A program made the translations under genes and the position numbers. Below, in pieces: positions 34,477 to 44,550 of a stretch of DNA of 64,000 nucleotides. The stretch is from Bacteroidota bacterium (GTDB taxonomy: Bacteria > Bacteroidota > Ignavibacteria > UBA10030), in assembly GCA_050015675.1 (NCBI GenBank), contig JBEKAY010000005.1, positions 52,641 to 116,640 on the forward strand. The letters run 5' to 3'. The notes under the pieces are model-generated. The model made no database searches. It saw nothing but the letters and a program-made list of their open reading frames with translations, and had not been told where the DNA came from. The stretch's first letter is position 1. Every line of letters starts with the position of its first letter.

Positions 34477-35919
34477 ATGAAAATACAAACGAAAACCACT
34501 GTTACCTATGTTGTGCTTGCGCTGTTCATTGTTGTCAGTCTCGGTGTATTCACGAGTATGCGCATGGAATCGTACTTCAAGGAACGATTGGTGGACGAAT
34601 TAAGCCGCCAAGCCGATTTGGTTTTATACATTCTCCAGAAAGACACCACGTACTCGTTCCCACAAATCGATCAACAGGTCAAGTTGATCGGAGGACTCGA
34701 GCACCTTCGCATTACACTGATCGATGCAGAAGGAAATGTGCTGGCGGATTCGGATATTCCTCTTTCTGATATTACCGGAGTCAAGAATCATCTGGATCGC
34801 CCGGAAGTTCAGGACGCGATACATCACGGGATGGGGAGCGATATTCGTCACAGTTCAACCGTCGGTCATGATTTTTTATATATGGCAAAGCTTGTGAAGA
34901 AATCTCCAAAGAGAACTAGTTTTGAAACGCTTCAGTATATCAGATTGAGCATTCCGCTCGAAGACGTGCAAGATCAAATCAATCGCATTCGTTCGATTGT
35001 GATTATAGTTGGATTAGGAGTGCTGCTGGTGATAGTAACCGTGAGCATTATCGTTTCTCGCCGCATTACAAAACCGCTGGCGCAAATTGTCCTAGGTGTG
35101 AAACAAATTCGTTCCGGCGATTTGAATGCACAGCTTTCCGTTTCTTCGAACGACGAAATCGGGCTTGTCGCAAAGGCGATCAATGAACTCGTACAAAAAC
35201 TTAAATCGGATATTGTGCAATTGAAAAAATCAGAGCAGGTGCGAAGTCAGTTTCTTGGAAATGTTTCACACGAACTTCGCACACCAATCTTTGCTGTACA
35301 GGGGTATTTGGAAACTCTTCTCAATGGTGCTGTGGATGATCCTGCTGTGAACCGCTCGTTTTTGGAAAAAGCACAGTCGAATCTGAGCCGTCTTAATGCA
35401 TTGCTGGAGGATCTCATTAATATTTCTCAAATCGAATCAGGTGAAATGAAAATGAGTCTTCGTTATTTCCGAGTGAACGAGTTCCTTGAATCGGTTGGTA
35501 AGGATTATGAATCGTTGGCAGCAGCACGAAGTGTCACATTGAAACTCTCGTTGACCACACGAGGTGATGATGAAGTATTTGGTGATAAGAATCGGCTGAG
35601 ACAGGTTCTGAATAATTTGATCAGCAACGCCATCAACTATAATAAAGAAAATGGAAAGATCGTGCTTTCATCTGAAAAAGTAGAAGGAGGAATTCAAATC
35701 GGTGTGATGGATACTGGAGTTGGCATTGCATCCGAACATTTACCTCGGATATTTGAACGGTTCTATCGTGTTGACAGCGATCGTTCGCGAGCTCTTGGCG
35801 GCACCGGACTCGGTCTTGCGATTGTTAAACATATTGTGGAAGCGCACGGAAGTCAGGTACAGGTTGAAAGTAGAATGGGAGAAGGAAGCATCTTCCGCTT
35901 CCTTCTTAAAAACAGCTAG
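34477..35919 (+). CDS. sensor histidine kinase, PhoR-like (2 TM, HAMP, HisKA, HATPase)
   Basis: Carries H-box 'HELRTPIFAVQGYLETL', 'LISNAINYN', 'DTGVGI' and 'GGTGLGLAIVKHIV'. Its ATG directly follows the regulator stop. Confidence 0.9.
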   Translation: MKIQTKTTVTYVVLALFIVVSLGVFTSMRMESYFKERLVDELSRQADLVLYILQKDTTYSFPQIDQQVKLIGGLEHLRITLIDAEGNVLADSDIPLSDITGVKNHLDRPEVQDAIHHGMGSDIRHSSTVGHDFLYMAKLVKKSPKRTSFETLQYIRLSIPLEDVQDQINRIRSIVIIVGLGVLLVIVTVSIIVSRRITKPLAQIVLGVKQIRSGDLNAQLSVSSNDEIGLVAKAINELVQKLKSDIVQLKKSEQVRSQFLGNVSHELRTPIFAVQGYLETLLNGAVDDPAVNRSFLEKAQSNLSRLNALLEDLINISQIESGEMKMSLRYFRVNEFLESVGKDYESLAAARSVTLKLSLTTRGDDEVFGDKNRLRQVLNNLISNAINYNKENGKIVLSSEKVEGGIQIGVMDTGVGIASEHLPRIFERFYRVDSDRSRALGGTGLGLAIVKHIVEAHGSQVQVESRMGEGSIFRFLLKNS

Positions 35920-37742
35920 TATGCATACACTGGCATTGCGATGGAAGGAATCATAATCTCTATAAGTTCCTGTTCCAACTCGATCAATTCATACCGCATA
36001 GTTTCGCGGTAGCGTTCAGATTCTTCAAGCAATTTCGGAATTAGACCTTTGTAGTAATTTATGCCGTTCTGTAAATTTTCTTTGAATGTGCTGAAATATT
36101 TTTGCTCATTTGCATTCCACGTATCAAGTCGCTTTTGGATTTCATTTTTCATATAATCCACATACAAGCGCAGCTCGTTGATGAACATATTCGGGCGTTG
36201 AGCGTCCGTCATGAGTTGGATACGTCCGTAGATATGTCCAACCATCTCTTCCAGCGAGGCAATCCTTGAAAAGTATGCAAGATTCGGCCCTGGGCACACA
36301 GCAACAGCGCGTTCTTTCGTTGGTCCATGTCCATTACTATTAATAAGTCCAGATGCAGCAAGATCTTCGCAGAGACATGCTTTTTCGACAACCTTTGCGA
36401 TTTTTTGTTCCAATACTTCAGGCGATAGATTCTGTTTCTTCAGTTGTTCGATTTTCAATTCTTGATATTGACTGGATGCAGTACAAATTGCTTCTGTTGT
36501 GAACTCTGTATTGGAAACAAGAAACTTTTTTGTACAGCGGCTCCCGAATTTCCCCTCGTTAACGCGTTGTTGTATTTGCAGGTCGCTAGAACTGCCATGC
36601 ACATTGTTGAATGGTATGCCGAGCGGTGAAGCATCGCTGATATAGAAATCTTCTTTCTTTGCACGCGCGAGAATATCTCTGGTCGCACTGTCAACGTTTG
36701 TTGCTTCGGGCACGAGTAGGAAAGGCGATCCCCATCCGGTTCCATCAACGCGATAATATTCGCGCAGGAACACATCTTCTTTCGCTGTACCGATTCCGCC
36801 TTGCACTGTAATGCGAAATTGCATTGGAGCAGACAGAACAGATAATCCTTTGCCCTTGAGTGCCGTGCTATAGAGGAGAGAGATCTCATCGAAAAGCATT
36901 TGCCGGTTGGTTCTGAATTCATCAAGAATCGGTCCAAGCAAATAACCATCGGAAGCGAATGCATGTCCACCGCAATTTAATCCAGATTCGATCCGGAATT
37001 CAGAAATCCAAATTCCTTTCTTTGCAAGAATTTTTCCTTGAATATATGCGGAACGATAATCTGTGACTTTCAAAATCACTCTTTTCTTGAGGTTGCCCCG
37101 CTCATCTGGAATGAACTCTTTGCGCTGGCCCAGATAACTGAACAAGCGGGAATTTAGACCTGCAGAAAGAACAACCGATGCGTTGAGGTCGCTTTGAGCA
37201 AATCCGCGCAATGATGCAAGGGCATCTGAAAATTCCGCCGGTAGTTTTTCTTGATTGCGTCCGGTATTTGCTTTATCCAATTTTGTCATGATGTTAACAT
37301 CGATATCACCGGCAACAATACTTGTTCGTAACTCATGCTGTAATGCCGATTGCTTCTCGGTGTCAGTCGCATGCATCATGCGAAGATAAAGCGCTTTAAG
37401 CTGCGATTCCTCCGGCAACATTTCGAAATATTTGACAAGCTCGCTTCCTTTCTCAAACGCTGAAGCTTTGAGAACGGCAATCTGTTTCTGCACGATCTTT
37501 TGGAGAAGATTGAGATATGCAGTAATCCTTCTGGCGCGATAATCTTCATCCCGCACGGTAATTGGATAATAGGTTTCTCCGTACAGACGTGCATAATGCT
37601 TACGCATATGCTCGATGAGGATATCATCTACAATCGAAATGACAGATGAAATACCGTACTTAGCAACACGAATAGGCGTATCAACAGAGAATGCCAGCCC
37701 TAGTACGGGAATATGAAATGAATGCACTCGAGAATCTGCCAT
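35916..37742 (-). CDS. 608-aa protein of unknown function (possible TIM-barrel-like enzyme)
   Basis: Long ORF with ATG at 37742 (the track ORF begins on TTG at 37766). Conserved-looking blocks are 'HIPVLGLAFSVDTPIRVAKYGISSVISIVDD', 'RIESGLNCGGHAF', 'TVQGGIGTAKE' and 'DGTGWGSPFLLVPEATN'. I cannot name a family. Confidence 0.7.
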   Translation of the reverse strand: MADSRVHSFHIPVLGLAFSVDTPIRVAKYGISSVISIVDDILIEHMRKHYARLYGETYYPITVRDEDYRARRITAYLNLLQKIVQKQIAVLKASAFEKGSELVKYFEMLPEESQLKALYLRMMHATDTEKQSALQHELRTSIVAGDIDVNIMTKLDKANTGRNQEKLPAEFSDALASLRGFAQSDLNASVVLSAGLNSRLFSYLGQRKEFIPDERGNLKKRVILKVTDYRSAYIQGKILAKKGIWISEFRIESGLNCGGHAFASDGYLLGPILDEFRTNRQMLFDEISLLYSTALKGKGLSVLSAPMQFRITVQGGIGTAKEDVFLREYYRVDGTGWGSPFLLVPEATNVDSATRDILARAKKEDFYISDASPLGIPFNNVHGSSSDLQIQQRVNEGKFGSRCTKKFLVSNTEFTTEAICTASSQYQELKIEQLKKQNLSPEVLEQKIAKVVEKACLCEDLAASGLINSNGHGPTKERAVAVCPGPNLAYFSRIASLEEMVGHIYGRIQLMTDAQRPNMFINELRLYVDYMKNEIQKRLDTWNANEQKYFSTFKENLQNGINYYKGLIPKLLEESERYRETMRYELIELEQELIEIMIPSIAMPVYAY

Positions 37743-37968
37743 CTTTAATTCTTTCAATAGTAACAATATAAATCAAATTACTATAAGATCGTGTATTTTC
37801 CTGCAAAATCAAATTATACTTAGAATAATTCAAATTACTTTGTTAAATTAACAAGGAAGTACTGGAAGTTGGTTCTAATAAAATGAGCCCCAATAAAAAT
37901 AAAATGTTAGAATTGAGGGTCTCAAATTTAACTTCTTTGTATCTGCCGATATCTAATAAGAAACAATT

Positions 37969-39114
37969 ATGATAGTGACTCGTTTAAAAGATATGACAAG
38001 TTTAAAGAAAAGAGTAGCGTTAGTCTGTTTTTCTCATTCCCTTGGCGGGCTTGAACTTTCTACTATTCGCATAGCACAAGCGATGGAGAAAAAAGGTGTT
38101 TCCACGGTTGTAATTGTTCCAAATTCATCGCCGCTTGAACAACGAGCAAATGAACTAAACCTTCAGGTAATCACAATCACTCCACATTGGAAATATGGAG
38201 ATATCTCGGCGGCACTTCACCTTGCCCGTGCACTGGGAGATCAGCAGATCGATTTAGTTCTGCTCATGCGGTCAAGAGATATTCATCTTGCCGCAATTGC
38301 GTCAATGATAACGCCTCAAGTGAAGTTAGTATTTTATCAGCAAATGAATTCCCGCTATAACAAGCGTGATTTTATTCACACATGGGTGTATTCGAAACTA
38401 TCGCTCTGGATTTCCCTCACTCAGAGTATGAAAGAGGATGTGCTTTCACATACGCATATGCCTCGTGAAAAAGTAAAAGTAGTACCTTTGGGTACGGATC
38501 TCCAACGATTTGATCCATCACACTATAATAAAAAAGAAGCACGAACATTCTTTGGATTACCTCATAATGGCCACACTATCGGAGTTCTGGGACGGCTCGA
38601 TAAATTAAAAGGTCAGCATATACTGCTTTGTGCAGTGCCGGAAGTTGTGAAGCAACACCCAAATGTTATATTTCTTATTGCGGGTGATGAAACTGCGGGG
38701 GAACATGGATACAAAGAATATTTATTGAAATTGTGCCGCACACTTGACATTGAACGGTATGTGAAATATATACCTTTTACGGACGATGTTCCTCGTTTGA
38801 TGGCTGCTCTTGATGTTTTTGTTCTTCCATCGTTCTCTGAAACATTCGGACTTGTAGTTGTAGAGGCGATGGCAATGGAACGGCCGATCATTGCAACGAA
38901 TGCGGGTGGGCTGCCGGAGATTATTACGAACGGTAAGACGGGATTACTTATAGAGCCACGCAATGCGACCGCAGTTGCCAGGGCGATTCACAGCATTCTT
39001 AGTGATTCTGCCCTCCGTTTATCACTTGGTCATTTTGCCCGCGAGGAAGCTCTGAAACGATACGACTTTGATAGTTGTGTAGATTCTCTTCTCGGATCGT
39101 TTGCGACGTTTTGA
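37969..39114 (+). CDS. glycosyltransferase family 4 (GT-B, 'glycosyl transferases group 1')
   Basis: Carries the E-x7-E region 'ETFGLVVVEAMAMERPIIATNAGGLPEIITNGKTGLL' and an N-terminal 'GGLE' donor-binding-type loop. Confidence 0.85.
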   Translation: MIVTRLKDMTSLKKRVALVCFSHSLGGLELSTIRIAQAMEKKGVSTVVIVPNSSPLEQRANELNLQVITITPHWKYGDISAALHLARALGDQQIDLVLLMRSRDIHLAAIASMITPQVKLVFYQQMNSRYNKRDFIHTWVYSKLSLWISLTQSMKEDVLSHTHMPREKVKVVPLGTDLQRFDPSHYNKKEARTFFGLPHNGHTIGVLGRLDKLKGQHILLCAVPEVVKQHPNVIFLIAGDETAGEHGYKEYLLKLCRTLDIERYVKYIPFTDDVPRLMAALDVFVLPSFSETFGLVVVEAMAMERPIIATNAGGLPEIITNGKTGLLIEPRNATAVARAIHSILSDSALRLSLGHFAREEALKRYDFDSCVDSLLGSFATF

Positions 39115-39210
39115 GCAATTTGTGTTGGTCTTTAATTGGAGTGCATGTATCGTAGCTTCATAAAATCTTTTAATTATTTAATTTTCAGTTTTTGAATAAC
39201 GTGAGTAAAT

Positions 39211-39251
39211 AAAAAAAGGCAAGGCGAACCAATTGATTCTAACCCTGCCTT
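39211..39251 (-). terminator. terminator-like hairpin readable on the minus strand
   Basis: The minus strand reads AAGGCAGG...CCTTGCCTT (one bulged T) followed by T7 (A-run 39211-39217 on the plus strand). It lies about 290 nt downstream of the LuxR regulator stop. Confidence 0.45.
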
Positions 39252-39455
39252 CGATTTTGTTAAGCCTCTTAATACCCCTTTTAATGCAGCATTTCCCTTT
39301 GTACCTCGCCACGCTTTACGCTACAGATAAAGCGTGTTGCCTTTTTGTGGTAGAGCAATCCTAACTCCTCGGATACAGTTTGTAGGTGGTTTCAATAAAC
39401 CCTAGGTGGGCTACAAACTGCACTGGTAAGATAAATGTTTGCACACTAAAGCGGT

Positions 39456-39478
39456 ATCACGCAAACGCGTGATTTTTC
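39456..39478 (+). terminator. terminator-like hairpin readable on the plus strand
   Basis: ATCACGC-AAAC-GCGTGAT followed by TTTTT C ATTTTTT. It lies about 340 nt downstream of the glycosyltransferase stop and only about 65 nt from the end of the convergent regulator gene. Confidence 0.45.
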
Positions 39479-39541
39479 ATTTTTTCATTTTTTTAGCATT
39501 TTTGTGAAAAAAACACTTGACAGACAAATTAGAAAGCCGTT

Positions 39542-40219
39542 TTAGAAAATTCGTTGTCGGAGGGCTTTTGCGACAGCGCTGCTACGCTTGTTGACGTGAA
39601 GTCTGTCGTAGATTTTTCTTACATGTGTATCAATGGTGTGATGACTGAGGGAAAGTTTCTCGCCGATTTCCTTTTTAGTTAAACCGTTTATCATTTGCAA
39701 GAGTATTTCTCGCTCGCGTTTGGTTAAACCACAATCTGGAGATGGCAAGTTTAATGCAGCGAATGCTGTCAAAACTTTTCGCGCAATTTGTGCGTTGATA
39801 GGTGATCCGCCGTTTTGTACATCGTGAATTGCCTCGATGATTTTCTCTCCGGGAGAATTTTTTAATAAATAGCCGGCGGCTCCTGCACAAATGGCTTGAA
39901 AGATACTGTCACTATCCTCATGAACAGTAATAATAATAATTTGGGTGGATGGAGCAAGCTGCTTAAATTTCTGTATTCCTTCCAACCCGCTCATACCGGG
40001 CAACCCGATGTCTAATAGAATGATGCTTGGATGCATGCCTAATTCCAGGTGTTGAAGAGCTTTCTCACAGGAATTAAATGATTGGTTGCATACTAAATCG
40101 GTTTCATGGTTGATTAATTCCATAAGGCATTTTTGAAAGAAAAGATTATCTTCAACAATCCAGATTTCCGCTCTTTTGGTTGATCGTCTGATCGTACGTT
40201 TTGTTGAGCGACTTTTCAT
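39542..40219 (-). CDS. NarL/LuxR-family response regulator (orphan)
   Basis: Receiver 'IWIVEDN...ILLDIGLPGMSG...IIIITVHED' plus LuxR HTH 'LTKREREILLQMINGLTKKEIGEKLSLSHHTIDTHVRKIYDRLHV'. Confidence 0.9.
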   Translation of the reverse strand: MKSRSTKRTIRRSTKRAEIWIVEDNLFFQKCLMELINHETDLVCNQSFNSCEKALQHLELGMHPSIILLDIGLPGMSGLEGIQKFKQLAPSTQIIIITVHEDSDSIFQAICAGAAGYLLKNSPGEKIIEAIHDVQNGGSPINAQIARKVLTAFAALNLPSPDCGLTKREREILLQMINGLTKKEIGEKLSLSHHTIDTHVRKIYDRLHVNKRSSAVAKALRQRIF

Positions 40220-40396
40220 GCTGGCGCGTTTGTGATGACTTTATTCGATACAAAAAAGGACTTTATCAAAGTAATCAATTCCTTCTATCTTTTCAATACA
40301 CTGCTGCATTTCTGCAAAAAACGTGAACAATATTGACCAGATGCGATGTTTTCTTAACCTTGCTAATCGAATGATTATTGGCTACATTTTTCGTCA

Positions 40397-43300
40397 ATGA
40401 AACGAGTTATTTTTATATTTTCTTTCCTCAGCCTCTTTTTGTTTCCGGTGCTTGCACAAGATTCGAAAGAGAACGCCGATTTCAAACTTGCCGTGAATCT
40501 CTATAACGACAAGCTATATGATCTGGCTTTAGAACAATTCCATGCATTTATCAATTTGTATCCTAGTACAGCACAAGGTGTTGAGGCACATTTCTATCTC
40601 GGACTTACACAGTCCAAGCTTGGCAAACACGACGATGCGCGGTTCACCTTCCAGAATTTTGCTCTTGCATATTCTGACAACAGCAAGGCTCCTGAAGCGT
40701 GGATGAACGCCGCTGAGGAATATGCGGCTATGAAGAATGAACGCGAGGCAGCAATGGCATTCGAACGCGTTAAGACGTTCCATCCGAAGAGCAAGTTTGC
40801 ACCAATTGCACTGTCAAAAGCCGCTGATTATTATGAACAGCTTGGTGATAAGGAAAACACGAGCCGTGTTCTTCGTATGTTGACGCAAGAGTACACGACA
40901 GCCGAAGTCCTTCCGGCGCGGCTAAGAATTGCAGACATGCTTATTGCAGAAGATCAGTATGAACAAGCCCGCCAGGAATGTAAACGTGTTGCAGATGCAA
41001 CAAACGATGCACCGCTGAAAGCGCGCGCGTTGTTGTTGTTGGGTCAATCTCTTATCGGGTTAGGGAGATCTTCCGAAGCGGAAGAAGCAATTTCTAATGT
41101 CGCTAAGAATTTCAAATCCACACCAAGTTATTATAAGGCGCTCTTTACGCTCGGTGCATTGAAGAATTTGACGGGCAATACAGACGATGCCATGGCAGCA
41201 TGGAAGTCGATCGCAGAGGACAGTACCAAAGCACCGAAACAGTTAAGGCAAGATGCCTATATCGAAATGGCGGAAGCGAACAACCGCGTTCGATCATATC
41301 CGCGTGCGTTATTCTTGTTTGAGCGTGCAAGCGAAATTCGAGGGGCACGTAATGGCGAAGTGCTATACAAAGCTGGCATTGCTGCAGAGCAAACGGGCGA
41401 CTTGGTAAAAGCGGCAAAGTGTTATTCCCGTGCGCTCAATGATAGTCTTGGCAATGCGGATCGACGGGCATTGATAATTGGTGCGTATAAAGCGGCGAAG
41501 ATAACGAAAAACTTCGCCGAAGCTGTACGGTTAGTAAATTACTATCGCCAACAATTTTCATCGGACGCAAATTTGCCGTGCCTCTTGGTTGAGGGTGCAA
41601 ATATAGCGAACACTGAACTGAGTGATCCAAAAACAGCTATCGATTTTTGCGAATGGCTTCGCGAACATTATTCCACAAGCGAATGGATTGATGATGCGAC
41701 TTTTGAGCTTGGTCAAGCGCGGATAAAAGCCGGTGATGTGGATGGAGCAATTGATGCGTTCGAAAATTTACAACGACGTTATCCTAGCAGCGAGTTTGTC
41801 TCCGATGCACAAAAACAAATTCGTCTCATTAAAGCGTTCGATCAGCGGAGCAAGGATGCAAGTCTGCAAAAGCTTGCTTTGCTGGTAGGCGATGTGATAG
41901 CTCAGAAATCAAAGGGCAATCTTGCATACCGCCTTGCAGAAATCTACTTCGTTGATTTGAAGGATTACAATCTTGCCGCCGGTCAATATGCCTATGCACT
42001 CAGTGTCGATTTGGAAGATGCCCTTCGGCCTTCTGCATGGCTGAAACAAGCACAGTCCTATGAACTGCTCGCGCTTAAAGAAGGAAAGATAAGTGCACGA
42101 GGAAAAGAATATATCTCCAAAGCCATTGCTTTCTATGATTCACTTGCAGCGCATTTTCCGGCAGGTGAGTTCACCGATCAAGCTGTCGTGGCTGCATTCA
42201 CACTCCGCTTGCAATTGACAGAGAAGGCAGAAGATCTACGAACGCTGGGAACAGAATTTTTATCGAAGTCTTCCGGAACACGTGGAAGAGACGTAGCGCT
42301 TCTCTTGCTTGGTGATTCGTATTTTTCTGTGAAGAATTATGAAAGTGCGATTTTAACTTATAAACTTTTATTGGAAAAATATTCAGATCGTGAAACGGCT
42401 CCATCCGCATCCTATCACCTTGGCATGTCGCTCGATGGAATCATGGAAAAAGATACCGCAATGCAAGTGATAGATCGGTTCCTTTCTAAGAATCCAAATC
42501 ATCTTTACAGCGCGGCGGCATCGGCATACCTTGCAAAAGCGGCAGCGGACAGTGCTCAATTAACAAAAGCACTTGGCTTTTTTGATCTCTTGGAAAAACG
42601 TTACTTCTACAGTCCGTTGAATTCGAATATTGATGTCCGAAAAGCGGACGCATATTTCAATGCGAAGGATTTCAAGAATGCTTTAGATTGGTATGAAAGA
42701 GGATGGAAGAGAATGCAGTCGGATTTCTTCGCTGTGACCGGCGATCCGAACATAGAACGTTCAATAGTTTTCAGACTCGGGGGATGTAGTGAAAAGCTTG
42801 GCGATAATGCAGCCGCAAAGAAATGGTATGCCGATTATGTTACTCGGGATCAAGCAACCGAGAAAGCCGGACAGGCATACTATGCACTTGCAACCATCGC
42901 GAAAGCAGAAAACAATATTGATGCTGCGACAATGTACTTGCAGAATGTAAGCCGCATCGCGGCGAAGACGGGTGGGCAAGGTGCATCGGTAGCGCTGGAA
43001 ACTGCAGAAATGTTGTTTCGGAATGAAAAATATTCTGATGCGACTGTGAAATATAATGAAGCGATACCGCAAACAAACAATGATAGTTTGAAACACTATA
43101 TTCAATCACGTGTGATCGTTTCCTACTTCCGTCTTGACAATATAAAAGAAGCCGACAAGCGTGCCGTGGAATTTGTGAGAGCGAATTTTACCAGCGCGTT
43201 TAGCTATGCGGCAGAGTTTGAATTTGAGCGCGGCAAATATCAAGTCCGGAAAGAAGATTTTGTAAAAGCGAAAGAGCGATTCGACAATGTCGTTCTTTCG

Positions 43301-44050
43301 TATCGCGGTGCCCGCATTGTTCCGGAAGCGCTCTTCTGGATAGCACGCGTGAATGAGTTAGATCAAAAAATGCCACAGGCGGTGCAAGTGTATGATTCTC
43401 TTCTGCGAAATTTTCCAAATGACGAGATTGTTCCACGCGCACGGTTGAGTCTCGGCAACGCATATTATAGTTTGGAACAATGGGATAACGCTTCCAAACA
43501 GTACCGTTTTATTCTTGATAACGAACAACGCTCGCCTGATCTAATTCCGCTTGCAATGAGTAACCTGATTATGACCTACAAAGAAATGGAGCTTTTCGAC
43601 GGTGCATTGGAACTCACACGCAAATACATCGATCGCTTCCCGAACGATTCGGATCTCATCGATAAAAAAATCGATATGGGTGTGCTCTATCAGAAATTAG
43701 GATACTACGATCAATCGATCCTGCAATTGCAAAGTCTGATTGAAGCCGGCAACGCTGATCTTGAAGCGGAACTCCGGTATTACATCGGTGAAGCGTACTT
43801 CTACAAGGGGGAATTTCAACAGGCGGTCTTAGAATTTTTGAAAGTACCGTACTTGGTTACCAAGAGAGGCAAAATCGATTGGATTTCGACTTCGTATTAT
43901 ATGGCTGGTCAATCGTACGAGAAAATGTCCAAGTACGACCAGGCGATGACGATGTACAAACAGATCGTCGATCGGAAAGATACTGATACGCAGTTTAAAA
44001 CAGCGGCACAAAAAGAAATCGATCGCGTGAAAGCTATATTGAAAAAATAG
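40397..44050 (+). CDS. very large secreted tetratricopeptide-repeat protein
   Basis: 1217 aa with a signal peptide. TPR-like A/Y/L periodicity runs throughout ('A...Y..A...Y..g.Y..A...F..'). Confidence 0.8.
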   Translation: MKRVIFIFSFLSLFLFPVLAQDSKENADFKLAVNLYNDKLYDLALEQFHAFINLYPSTAQGVEAHFYLGLTQSKLGKHDDARFTFQNFALAYSDNSKAPEAWMNAAEEYAAMKNEREAAMAFERVKTFHPKSKFAPIALSKAADYYEQLGDKENTSRVLRMLTQEYTTAEVLPARLRIADMLIAEDQYEQARQECKRVADATNDAPLKARALLLLGQSLIGLGRSSEAEEAISNVAKNFKSTPSYYKALFTLGALKNLTGNTDDAMAAWKSIAEDSTKAPKQLRQDAYIEMAEANNRVRSYPRALFLFERASEIRGARNGEVLYKAGIAAEQTGDLVKAAKCYSRALNDSLGNADRRALIIGAYKAAKITKNFAEAVRLVNYYRQQFSSDANLPCLLVEGANIANTELSDPKTAIDFCEWLREHYSTSEWIDDATFELGQARIKAGDVDGAIDAFENLQRRYPSSEFVSDAQKQIRLIKAFDQRSKDASLQKLALLVGDVIAQKSKGNLAYRLAEIYFVDLKDYNLAAGQYAYALSVDLEDALRPSAWLKQAQSYELLALKEGKISARGKEYISKAIAFYDSLAAHFPAGEFTDQAVVAAFTLRLQLTEKAEDLRTLGTEFLSKSSGTRGRDVALLLLGDSYFSVKNYESAILTYKLLLEKYSDRETAPSASYHLGMSLDGIMEKDTAMQVIDRFLSKNPNHLYSAAASAYLAKAAADSAQLTKALGFFDLLEKRYFYSPLNSNIDVRKADAYFNAKDFKNALDWYERGWKRMQSDFFAVTGDPNIERSIVFRLGGCSEKLGDNAAAKKWYADYVTRDQATEKAGQAYYALATIAKAENNIDAATMYLQNVSRIAAKTGGQGASVALETAEMLFRNEKYSDATVKYNEAIPQTNNDSLKHYIQSRVIVSYFRLDNIKEADKRAVEFVRANFTSAFSYAAEFEFERGKYQVRKEDFVKAKERFDNVVLSYRGARIVPEALFWIARVNELDQKMPQAVQVYDSLLRNFPNDEIVPRARLSLGNAYYSLEQWDNASKQYRFILDNEQRSPDLIPLAMSNLIMTYKEMELFDGALELTRKYIDRFPNDSDLIDKKIDMGVLYQKLGYYDQSILQLQSLIEAGNADLEAELRYYIGEAYFYKGEFQQAVLEFLKVPYLVTKRGKIDWISTSYYMAGQSYEKMSKYDQAMTMYKQIVDRKDTDTQFKTAAQKEIDRVKAILKK

Positions 44051-44122
44051 AAATGCTAAGATTTGGTGATTGAGTGAGTGATTAAGAGAACGAGAGATTG
44101 TCTAATGAGAGATTGATTCATT

Positions 44123-44482
44123 GTGAAAAGTCAACCGGAAATATTAAGAGATCAAACAAAGCAATTTGCTATTGGAATTGTTAAACTCGTTGGGATATTT
44201 CCAAATAATGAAGAGAGTAGGATTATTGGAAGACAATTGATGCGCTCTGCAACATCTGTTGCTGCAAATTATCGGGCGGTTTGCCGAGCACGCTCGAAAG
44301 CAGAGTTCATTGCGAAAATTGGTATTGTTGTTGAAGAAGCTGATGAGACAGTGTTTTGGCTTGAAATGATCACAGATCTCAATATACTTTCTCCAGAAAA
44401 GACAGGTGAATTATTCAAAGAAGCGAATGAACTGCTTGCTATTTTCTCAGCCTCCAATCAAACAGTACGCGGCAGGAGATAA
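44123..44482 (+). CDS. four-helix-bundle protein (23S rRNA intervening-sequence protein family)
   Basis: 119 aa with a GTG start. 'QLMRSATSVAANYRAVCRARSKAEFIAKIGIVVEEADETVFWLEMI' is the family hallmark. Confidence 0.85.
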   Translation: MKSQPEILRDQTKQFAIGIVKLVGIFPNNEESRIIGRQLMRSATSVAANYRAVCRARSKAEFIAKIGIVVEEADETVFWLEMITDLNILSPEKTGELFKEANELLAIFSASNQTVRGRR

Positions 44483-44550
44483 GAAGATGTATTTTCCAAT
44501 TAATCCTTCAATCGCTAAATTACGAAATTACTTAATGTCTCAATTGTAAA

